From Eledone cirrhosa (Eukaryota), in contig OZ024742.1 in the NCBI GenBank assembly GCA_964016885.1, forward strand, positions 374,356,001 through 374,420,000: DNA of 64,000 nt, read 5' to 3'. The notes under the pieces were generated by a model. The model was not told the origin of the DNA, made no database searches, and was given only the letters and a program-made list of their open reading frames with translations. Position 1 is the stretch's first letter; each line of letters starts with the position of its first letter. Positions 53,266 through 64,000 of the stretch are shown here, one piece after another. Position numbers and translations under genes: made by a program.

Positions 53266-56200
53266 TAGTAAGGGAGGGTCTGAGATAGAAACTGTGTTAG
53301 AAGATATATTAATAGTAAGGGAGGGTCTGAGATAGAAACTGTGTTAGAAGATATATTAATAGTAAGGGAGGGTCTGAGATAGAAACTGTGTTAGACGATA
53401 CAGTAATAGTAAGGGATGGTCTTAAATAGAAACTGTGTTAGAAGATACAGTAATAGTAAGGGAGCGTCTGAAATAGAAACTGTGTTAGAAGATATATTAA
53501 TAGTAAGGGAGGGTCTGAGATAGAAACTGTGTTAGACGATACAGTAATAGTAAGGGAGGGTCTGAGATAGAAACTCTGTTAGAAGATACAGTAATAGTAA
53601 GGGAGGGTCTGAGATAGAAAATGTGTTAGGAGATATATTAATAGTAAGGGAGGGTCTGAGATAGAAACTGTTAGACGATACAGTAATAGTAAGGGAGGGT
53701 CTGAGATATAAACTGTGTTAGAAGATATATTAATAGTAAGGGAGGGTCTGAGATAGAAACTGTGTTAGAAGATACAGTAAGAGTAGGGGAGGCTCTGAGA
53801 TAGAAACTGTGTTAGAAGATACAGTAATAGTAAGGGGGGCTCTGAGATAGAAACTGTGTTAGAAGATACAGGAATTGTAAGGGAGGGTCTGAGATAGAAA
53901 CTGTAAGAAGATACAGTAATAGTAAGGGAGGGTCTGAGATAGAAACTGTGTTAGAAGATATATTAATAGTAAGGGAGGCTCTGAGATAGAAACTGCGTTA
54001 GAAGATACAGTAATAGTAAGGGAGGGACTGAGATAGAAACTGTTAGAAGATACAGTAATAGTAAGGGAGGGTCTGAGATAGAAACTGTGTTAGAAGATCT
54101 ATTAATAGTAAGGGAGGATCTGAGATAGAAACTGTTAGAAGATACAGTAATAGTAAGGGAGGGTCTGAGATAGAAACTGTTAGAAGATACAGTAATAGTA
54201 AGGGAGGCTCTTAGATAGAAACTGTGTTAGAAGATATATTAATAGTAAGGGAGTGTCTGAGATAGAAACTGTTAGAAGATATATTAATAGTAAGGGAGGG
54301 TCTGTGTTAGAAGATATATTAATAGTAAGGGAGGGTCTGAGATAGAAACTGTTAGAAGATACAGTAATAGTAAGGGAGGGTCTGAGATAGAAACTGTTAG
54401 ACGATACAGTAATAGTAAGGGAGGGTCTGAGATAGAAACTGTTAGAAGATATATTAATAGTAAGGGAGGGTCTGAGATAGAAACTCTATGAGGAGATACA
54501 GTAATAGTAAGGGAGTGTCTGAGATAGAAATGGTGTTAGAAGATATATTAATAGTAAGGCAGGGTCTGAGGTAGAAGCTGTTAGAAGATACAGTAATAGT
54601 AAGGGAGGGTCTAAAATAGAAACTGTGTTAGACGATACAGTAATAGTAAGGGAGGGTCTGAGATAGAAACTGTGTTAGAAGATATATTAATAGTAAGGGA
54701 GTGTCTGAGATAGAAACTGTTAGAAGATATATTAATAGTAAGTCAGTGTCTGAGATAGAAACTGTTAGAAGATATATTAATAATAAGGGAGGGTCTGAGA
54801 TAGAAACTGTGTTAGAAGATACAGGAATAGTAAGGGAGGGTCTCAGGTAGAAACTGTTAGAAGATATAGTAATAGTAAGGGAGGGTCTGAAATAGAAACT
54901 GTGTTAGACGATACAGTAATAGTAAGGGAGGGTCTGAGATAGAAACTGTGTTAGAAGATACAGTAATAGTAAGGGAGGGTCTAAGATATAAACTGTGTTA
55001 GAAGATACAGTAATAGTAAAGGCGGGTCTGAGATAAAAACTGTGTTAGAAGATATATTAATAGTAAAGGAGGGTCTGTGTTAGAAGATATATTAATAGTA
55101 AGGGAGGGTCTGAGATAGAAACTGTGTTAGAAGATATATTAATAGTAAGGGCGGCTCTGAGATAGAAACTGTGTTAGAAGATATATTAATAGTAAGGCAG
55201 GGTCTGAGATAGAAACTGTTAGAAGATACAGTAATAGTAAGGGAGGGACTGCGATAGAAACTGTTAGAAGATACAGTAATAGTAAGGGAGGGTCTGAGAT
55301 AGAAACTGTGTTAGAAGATACAGTAATAGTAAGGGAGGGTCTGAAATAGAAACTGTGTTTGAAGATACAGTAATAGTAAGGGAGGGTCTGAGATAGAAAC
55401 TGTGTTAGAAGATACAGTAATAGTAAGGGAGGGTCTGAGATAGAAACTGTGTTAGAAGATACAGTAATAGTAAGGGAGGCTCTTAGATAGAAACTGTGTT
55501 AGAAGATATATTAATAGTAAGGGAGGGTCTGAGATAGAAACTGTTAGAAGATACAGTAATAGTAAGGGAGGGTCTGAGATAGAAACTGTGTTAGAAGATA
55601 TATTAATAGTAAGCGAGGGTCTGAGAGAGAAACTGTTAGAAGATACAGTAATAGTAAGGGCGGGTCTGAGATAGAAACTGTGTTAGAAGATATAGTAATA
55701 GTAAGGGAGGGTCTGACATAGAAACTGTTAGAAGATATATTAATAGTAAGGGAGGGTCTGAGATAGAAACTGTGTTAGAAGATATATTAATAGTAAGGGA
55801 GTGTCTGAGATAGAAACTGTTAGAAGATATATTAATAGTAAGGGAGGGTCTGAAACTGCGTTAGAAGATATAGTAATAGTAAGGGAGCGTCTGAAACTGC
55901 GTTAGAAGATATATTAATAGTAAGGGAGGGTCTGAAACTGCATTAGAAGATATATTAATAGTAAGGGAGGGTCTGAGATAGAAACTGTGTTAGAAGATTT
56001 ATTAATAGTAAGGGAGGGTCTGAAACTGCGTTAGAAGATATCTTAATAGTAAGGGAGTGTCTGAGATAGAAACTGTTAGAAGATACAGTAATAGTAAGGG
56101 AGGGTCTGAGATAGAAACGGTGTTAGAAGATATATTAATAGTAAGGGAGGGTCTGAAATAGAAAATGTGTTAGACGATACAGTAATAGTAAGGGAGGGTC

Positions 56201-57093
56201 TGAGATAGAAACTGTGTTAGAAGATATCTTAATAGTAAGGGAGTGTCTGAGATAGAAACTGTTAGAAGATATATTAATAGTAAGGGAGGGTCTGAGATAG
56301 AAACTGTGTTAGAAGATACAGTAATAGTAAGGGAGGGTCTGAGATAGAAACTGTTAGAAGATACAGTAATAGTAAGGGAGGGTCTGAGATAGAAACTGTG
56401 TTAAAAGATATATTAATAGTAAGGGAGGGTCTGATATAGAAACTGCGTTAGAAGATACAGTAATAGTAAGGGAGGGTCTGAGATAGAAACTGTTAGTAGA
56501 TATATTAATAGTAAGGGAGGGTCTCAGATAGAAACTGTGTTAGAAGATACAGTAATAGTAAGGGAGGGTCTGAGATAGAAACTGTTAGAAGATACAGTAA
56601 TAGTAAGGGAGGGTCTGAGATAGAAACTGTGTTAGAAGATATATTAATAGTAAGGGAGTGTCTGAGATAGAAACTGTGTTAGGAGATATATTAATAGTAA
56701 GGGAGGGTCTGAGATAGAAACTGTTAGACGATACAGTAATAGTAAGGGAGGGTCTGAGATAGAAACTGTTAGAAGATATATTAATAGTAAGGGAGGGTCT
56801 GAGATAGAAACTCTATGAGGAGATACAGTAATAGTAAGGGAGGGTCTGAGATAGAAATGGTGTTAGAAGATATATTAATAGTAAGGCAGGGTCTGAGGTA
56901 GAAACTGTTAGAAGATACAGTAATAGTAAGGGAGGGTCTAAAATAGAAACTGTGTTAGACGATACAGTAATAGTAAGGGAGGGTCTGAAATAGAAACTGT
57001 GTTAGAAGGTATATTAATAGTAAGGGAGGGTCTGATATAGAAACTGTTAGAAGATATATTAATAGTAAGTCAGTGTCTGAGATAGAAACTGTT

Positions 57094-57215
57094 AGACCCT
57101 CCCTTACTATTAATATATCTTCTAACAGTTTCTATCTCAGACACTGACTTACTATTAATATATCTTCTAACACAGTTTCTATCTCAGACCCTCCCTTACT
57201 ATTAATATATCTTCT
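57094..57215 (-). repeat. 122-bp inverted SatC segment, copy 1
   Basis: AGACCCTCCCTTACTATT...ATATCTTCT is the reverse complement of about 2.6 monomers. Confidence 0.98.
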
Positions 57216-60200
57216 GAGATAGAAACTGTGTTAGAAGATACAGGAATTGTAAGGGAGGGTCTGAGATAGAAACTGTAAGAAGATACAGTAATAGTAAGGG
57301 AGGGTCTGAGATAGAAACTGTGTTAGAAGATATATTAATAGTAAGGGAGGCTCTGAGATAGAAACTGCGTTAGAAGATACAGTAATAGTAAGGGAGGGAC
57401 TGAGATAGAAACTGTTAGAAGATACAGTAATAGTAAGGGAGGGTCTGAGATAGAAACTGTGTTAGAAGATCTATTAATAGTAAGGGAGGATCTGAGATAG
57501 AAACTGTTAGAAGATACAGTAATAGTAAGGGAGGGTCTGAGATAGAAACTGTTAGAAGATACAGTAATAGTAAGGGAGGCTCTTAGATAGAAACTGTGTT
57601 AGAAGATATATTAATAGTAAGGGAGTGTCTGAGATAGAAACTGTTAGAAGATATATTAATAGTAAGGGAGGGTCTGTGTTAGAAGATATATTAATAGTAA
57701 GGGAGGGTCTGAGATAGAAACTGTTAGAAGATACAGTAATAGTAAGGGAGGGTCTGAGATAGAAACTGTTAGACGATACAGTAATAGTAAGGGAGGGTCT
57801 GAGATAGAAACTGTTAGAAGATATATTAATAGTAAGGGAGGGTCTGAGATAGAAACTCTATGAGGAGATACAGTAATAGTAAGGGAGTGTCTGAGATAGA
57901 AATGGTGTTAGAAGATATATTAATAGTAAGGCAGGGTCTGAGGTAGAAGCTGTTAGAAGATACAGTAATAGTAAGGGAGGGTCTAAAATAGAAACTGTGT
58001 TAGACGATACAGTAATAGTAAGGGAGGGTCTGAGATAGAAACTGTGTTAGAAGATATATTAATAGTAAGGGAGTGTCTGAGATAGAAACTGTTAGAAGAT
58101 ATATTAATAGTAAGTCAGTGTCTGAGATAGAAACTGTTAGAAGATATATTAATAATAAGGGAGGGTCTGAGATAGAAACTGTGTTAGAAGATACAGGAAT
58201 AGTAAGGGAGGGTCTCAGGTAGAAACTGTTAGAAGATATAGTAATAGTAAGGGAGGGTCTGAAATAGAAACTGTGTTAGACGATACAGTAATAGTAAGGG
58301 AGGGTCTGAGATAGAAACTGTGTTAGAAGATACAGTAATAGTAAGGGAGGGTCTAAGATATAAACTGTGTTAGAAGATACAGTAATAGTAAAGGCGGGTC
58401 TGAGATAAAAACTGTGTTAGAAGATATATTAATAGTAAAGGAGGGTCTGTGTTAGAAGATATATTAATAGTAAGGGAGGGTCTGAGATAGAAACTGTGTT
58501 AGAAGATATATTAATAGTAAGGGCGGCTCTGAGATAGAAACTGTGTTAGAAGATATATTAATAGTAAGGCAGGGTCTGAGATAGAAACTGTTAGAAGATA
58601 CAGTAATAGTAAGGGAGGGACTGCGATAGAAACTGTTAGAAGATACAGTAATAGTAAGGGAGGGTCTGAGATAGAAACTGTGTTAGAAGATACAGTAATA
58701 GTAAGGGAGGGTCTGAAATAGAAACTGTGTTTGAAGATACAGTAATAGTAAGGGAGGGTCTGAGATAGAAACTGTGTTAGAAGATACAGTAATAGTAAGG
58801 GAGGGTCTGAGATAGAAACTGTGTTAGAAGATACAGTAATAGTAAGGGAGGCTCTTAGATAGAAACTGTGTTAGAAGATATATTAATAGTAAGGGAGGGT
58901 CTGAGATAGAAACTGTTAGAAGATACAGTAATAGTAAGGGAGGGTCTGAGATAGAAACTGTGTTAGAAGATATATTAATAGTAAGCGAGGGTCTGAGAGA
59001 GAAACTGTTAGAAGATACAGTAATAGTAAGGGCGGGTCTGAGATAGAAACTGTGTTAGAAGATATAGTAATAGTAAGGGAGGGTCTGACATAGAAACTGT
59101 TAGAAGATATATTAATAGTAAGGGAGGGTCTGAGATAGAAACTGTGTTAGAAGATATATTAATAGTAAGGGAGTGTCTGAGATAGAAACTGTTAGAAGAT
59201 ATATTAATAGTAAGGGAGGGTCTGAAACTGCGTTAGAAGATATAGTAATAGTAAGGGAGCGTCTGAAACTGCGTTAGAAGATATATTAATAGTAAGGGAG
59301 GGTCTGAAACTGCATTAGAAGATATATTAATAGTAAGGGAGGGTCTGAGATAGAAACTGTGTTAGAAGATTTATTAATAGTAAGGGAGGGTCTGAAACTG
59401 CGTTAGAAGATATCTTAATAGTAAGGGAGTGTCTGAGATAGAAACTGTTAGAAGATACAGTAATAGTAAGGGAGGGTCTGAGATAGAAACGGTGTTAGAA
59501 GATATATTAATAGTAAGGGAGGGTCTGAAATAGAAAATGTGTTAGACGATACAGTAATAGTAAGGGAGGGTCTGAGATAGAAACTGTGTTAGAAGATATC
59601 TTAATAGTAAGGGAGTGTCTGAGATAGAAACTGTTAGAAGATATATTAATAGTAAGGGAGGGTCTGAGATAGAAACTGTGTTAGAAGATACAGTAATAGT
59701 AAGGGAGGGTCTGAGATAGAAACTGTTAGAAGATACAGTAATAGTAAGGGAGGGTCTGAGATAGAAACTGTGTTAAAAGATATATTAATAGTAAGGGAGG
59801 GTCTGATATAGAAACTGCGTTAGAAGATACAGTAATAGTAAGGGAGGGTCTGAGATAGAAACTGTTAGTAGATATATTAATAGTAAGGGAGGGTCTCAGA
59901 TAGAAACTGTGTTAGAAGATACAGTAATAGTAAGGGAGGGTCTGAGATAGAAACTGTTAGAAGATACAGTAATAGTAAGGGAGGGTCTGAGATAGAAACT
60001 GTGTTAGAAGATATATTAATAGTAAGGGAGTGTCTGAGATAGAAACTGTGTTAGGAGATATATTAATAGTAAGGGAGGGTCTGAGATAGAAACTGTTAGA
60101 CGATACAGTAATAGTAAGGGAGGGTCTGAGATAGAAACTGTTAGAAGATATATTAATAGTAAGGGAGGGTCTGAGATAGAAACTCTATGAGGAGATACAG

Positions 60201-60465
60201 TAATAGTAAGGGAGGGTCTGAGATAGAAATGGTGTTAGAAGATATATTAATAGTAAGGCAGGGTCTGAGGTAGAAACTGTTAGAAGATACAGTAATAGTA
60301 AGGGAGGGTCTAAAATAGAAACTGTGTTAGACGATACAGTAATAGTAAGGGAGGGTCTGAAATAGAAACTGTGTTAGAAGGTATATTAATAGTAAGGGAG
60401 GGTCTGATATAGAAACTGTTAGAAGATATATTAATAGTAAGTCAGTGTCTGAGATAGAAACTGTT

Positions 60466-60587
60466 AGACCCTCCCTTACTATTAATATATCTTCTAACAG
60501 TTTCTATCTCAGACACTGACTTACTATTAATATATCTTCTAACACAGTTTCTATCTCAGACCCTCCCTTACTATTAATATATCTTCT
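60466..60587 (-). repeat. 122-bp inverted SatC segment, copy 2
   Basis: Same sequence as 57094-57215. Confidence 0.98.
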
Positions 60588-63500
60588 GAGATAGAAACTG
60601 TGTTAGAAGATACAGGAATTGTAAGGGAGGGTCTGAGATAGAAACTGTAAGAAGATACAGTAATAGTAAGGGAGGGTCTGAGATAGAAACTGTGTTAGAA
60701 GATATATTAATAGTAAGGGAGGCTCTGAGATAGAAACTGCGTTAGAAGATACAGTAATAGTAAGGGAGGGACTGAGATAGAAACTGTTAGAAGATACAGT
60801 AATAGTAAGGGAGGGTCTGAGATAGAAACTGTGTTAGAAGATCTATTAATAGTAAGGGAGGATCTGAGATAGAAACTGTTAGAAGATACAGTAATAGTAA
60901 GGGAGGGTCTGAGATAGAAACTGTTAGAAGATACAGTAATAGTAAGGGAGGCTCTTAGATAGAAACTGTGTTAGAAGATATATTAATAGTAAGGGAGTGT
61001 CTGAGATAGAAACTGTTAGAAGATATATTAATAGTAAGGGAGGGTCTGTGTTAGAAGATATATTAATAGTAAGGGAGGGTCTGAGATAGAAACTGTTAGA
61101 AGATACAGTAATAGTAAGGGAGGGTCTGAGATAGAAACTGTTAGACGATACAGTAATAGTAAGGGAGGGTCTGAGATAGAAACTGTTAGAAGATATATTA
61201 ATAGTAAGGGAGGGTCTGAGATAGAAACTCTATGAGGAGATACAGTAATAGTAAGGGAGTGTCTGAGATAGAAATGGTGTTAGAAGATATATTAATAGTA
61301 AGGCAGGGTCTGAGGTAGAAGCTGTTAGAAGATACAGTAATAGTAAGGGAGGGTCTAAAATAGAAACTGTGTTAGACGATACAGTAATAGTAAGGGAGGG
61401 TCTGAGATAGAAACTGTGTTAGAAGATATATTAATAGTAAGGGAGTGTCTGAGATAGAAACTGTTAGAAGATATATTAATAGTAAGTCAGTGTCTGAGAT
61501 AGAAACTGTTAGAAGATATATTAATAATAAGGGAGGGTCTGAGATAGAAACTGTGTTAGAAGATACAGGAATAGTAAGGGAGGGTCTCAGGTAGAAACTG
61601 TTAGAAGATATAGTAATAGTAAGGGAGGGTCTGAAATAGAAACTGTGTTAGACGATACAGTAATAGTAAGGGAGGGTCTGAGATAGAAACTGTGTTAGAA
61701 GATACAGTAATAGTAAGGGAGGGTCTAAGATATAAACTGTGTTAGAAGATACAGTAATAGTAAAGGCGGGTCTGAGATAAAAACTGTGTTAGAAGATATA
61801 TTAATAGTAAAGGAGGGTCTGTGTTAGAAGATATATTAATAGTAAGGGAGGGTCTGAGATAGAAACTGTGTTAGAAGATATATTAATAGTAAGGGCGGCT
61901 CTGAGATAGAAACTGTGTTAGAAGATATATTAATAGTAAGGCAGGGTCTGAGATAGAAACTGTTAGAAGATACAGTAATAGTAAGGGAGGGACTGCGATA
62001 GAAACTGTTAGAAGATACAGTAATAGTAAGGGAGGGTCTGAGATAGAAACTGTGTTAGAAGATACAGTAATAGTAAGGGAGGGTCTGAAATAGAAACTGT
62101 GTTTGAAGATACAGTAATAGTAAGGGAGGGTCTGAGATAGAAACTGTGTTAGAAGATACAGTAATAGTAAGGGAGGGTCTGAGATAGAAACTGTGTTAGA
62201 AGATACAGTAATAGTAAGGGAGGCTCTTAGATAGAAACTGTGTTAGAAGATATATTAATAGTAAGGGAGGGTCTGAGATAGAAACTGTTAGAAGATACAG
62301 TAATAGTAAGGGAGGGTCTGAGATAGAAACTGTGTTAGAAGATATATTAATAGTAAGCGAGGGTCTGAGAGAGAAACTGTTAGAAGATACAGTAATAGTA
62401 AGGGCGGGTCTGAGATAGAAACTGTGTTAGAAGATATAGTAATAGTAAGGGAGGGTCTGACATAGAAACTGTTAGAAGATATATTAATAGTAAGGGAGGG
62501 TCTGAGATAGAAACTGTGTTAGAAGATATATTAATAGTAAGGGAGTGTCTGAGATAGAAACTGTTAGAAGATATATTAATAGTAAGGGAGGGTCTGAAAC
62601 TGCGTTAGAAGATATAGTAATAGTAAGGGAGCGTCTGAAACTGCGTTAGAAGATATATTAATAGTAAGGGAGGGTCTGAAACTGCATTAGAAGATATATT
62701 AATAGTAAGGGAGGGTCTGAGATAGAAACTGTGTTAGAAGATTTATTAATAGTAAGGGAGGGTCTGAAACTGCGTTAGAAGATATCTTAATAGTAAGGGA
62801 GTGTCTGAGATAGAAACTGTTAGAAGATACAGTAATAGTAAGGGAGGGTCTGAGATAGAAACGGTGTTAGAAGATATATTAATAGTAAGGGAGGGTCTGA
62901 AATAGAAAATGTGTTAGACGATACAGTAATAGTAAGGGAGGGTCTGAGATAGAAACTGTGTTAGAAGATATCTTAATAGTAAGGGAGTGTCTGAGATAGA
63001 AACTGTTAGAAGATATATTAATAGTAAGGGAGGGTCTGAGATAGAAACTGTGTTAGAAGATACAGTAATAGTAAGGGAGGGTCTGAGATAGAAACTGTTA
63101 GAAGATACAGTAATAGTAAGGGAGGGTCTGAGATAGAAACTGTGTTAAAAGATATATTAATAGTAAGGGAGGGTCTGATATAGAAACTGCGTTAGAAGAT
63201 ACAGTAATAGTAAGGGAGGGTCTGAGATAGAAACTGTTAGTAGATATATTAATAGTAAGGGAGGGTCTCAGATAGAAACTGTGTTAGAAGATACAGTAAT
63301 AGTAAGGGAGGGTCTGAGATAGAAACTGTTAGAAGATACAGTAATAGTAAGGGAGGGTCTGAGATAGAAACTGTGTTAGAAGATATATTAATAGTAAGGG
63401 AGTGTCTGAGATAGAAACTGTGTTAGGAGATATATTAATAGTAAGGGAGGGTCTGAGATAGAAACTGTTAGACGATACAGTAATAGTAAGGGAGGGTCTG

Positions 63501-63837
63501 AGATAGAAACTGTTAGAAGATATATTAATAGTAAGGGAGGGTCTGAGATAGAAACTCTATGAGGAGATACAGTAATAGTAAGGGAGGGTCTGAGATAGAA
63601 ATGGTGTTAGAAGATATATTAATAGTAAGGCAGGGTCTGAGGTAGAAACTGTTAGAAGATACAGTAATAGTAAGGGAGGGTCTAAAATAGAAACTGTGTT
63701 AGACGATACAGTAATAGTAAGGGAGGGTCTGAAATAGAAACTGTGTTAGAAGGTATATTAATAGTAAGGGAGGGTCTGATATAGAAACTGTTAGAAGATA
63801 TATTAATAGTAAGTCAGTGTCTGAGATAGAAACTGTT

Positions 63838-63959
63838 AGACCCTCCCTTACTATTAATATATCTTCTAACAGTTTCTATCTCAGACACTGACTTACTATT
63901 AATATATCTTCTAACACAGTTTCTATCTCAGACCCTCCCTTACTATTAATATATCTTCT
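63838..63959 (-). repeat. 122-bp inverted SatC segment, copy 3
   Basis: Same sequence as 57094-57215. Confidence 0.98.
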
Positions 63960-64000
63960 GAGATAGAAACTGTGTTAGAAGATACAGGAATAGTAAGGGA

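Larger units (their letters stand above)
53844..63959. repeat. 3372-bp higher-order repeat of SatC, three tandem copies (53844-57215, 57216-60587, 60588-63959)
   Basis: Diagnostic variants (CAGGAATTGT, CTCTATGAGG, CTGAAACTGCG, AAGTCAGTG) and the inversion recur at exactly 3372-bp spacing (inversion starts at 57094, 60466, 63838). Confidence 0.96.
53265..64000. repeat. Satellite C: 47/45-bp monomer, ~230 copies, continuing off the right edge
   Basis: AATAGTAAGGGAGGGTCTGAGATAGAAACTG(TG)TTAGAAGATA(TATT/CAGT). TGAGATAGAA occurs at 53281 and 53328 (period 47). Confidence 0.99.

Noticed and set aside
1-64000. CRISPR-array interpretation of the 32-, 41- and 47-bp periodicities
   Set aside because: There are no unique spacers between repeats and no cas genes, and the context is eukaryotic (LINE fragments, microsatellites).
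41991-64000. Telomeric repeat or centromere assignment
   Set aside because: There are no TTAGGG-type arrays, and centromere identity cannot be inferred from sequence alone without CENP-A data.

Overview
Eukaryotic, gene-poor, heterochromatin-like window; about 92% is tandem repeat. It holds three unrelated satellite arrays. SatA (1-~37107) has a ~32-bp CT-rich monomer TTTTACCAGTATTGTCTCTCTCTCACTCTCTC. SatB (~41991-53265) has a 41-bp monomer CCATGAAAGGTGGGAGGAGAGCTCAGTGTAGGATATGTCAG. SatC (53265-end) has a 47/45-bp monomer AATAGTAAGGGAGGGTCTGAGATAGAAACTGTGTTAGAAGATATATT. Between SatA and SatB is a ~4.9-kb AT-rich island with (TA)n microsatellites, a perfect 95-bp palindrome, and decayed RTE-clade LINE fragments with RTE/SINE-like (GAT)n tails. 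From memory these resemble octopod cephalopod repeats (not verified). No intact protein-coding gene is supported; the long Ser/Leu ORFs are artefacts of the stop-free SatA monomer. Best leads: (i) SatB starts exactly where the RTE endonuclease remnant ends, and SatB (perhaps SatC too) may be amplified pieces of that LINE; (ii) SatC has a 3372-bp higher-order repeat in 3 copies, each ending in a 122-bp microhomology-bounded inversion with a partly reconstructable origin; (iii) the perfect palindrome; (iv) nested kb-scale duplications in SatA. I see no evidence for a novel protein-coding system; the interest lies in repeat genesis and evolution.
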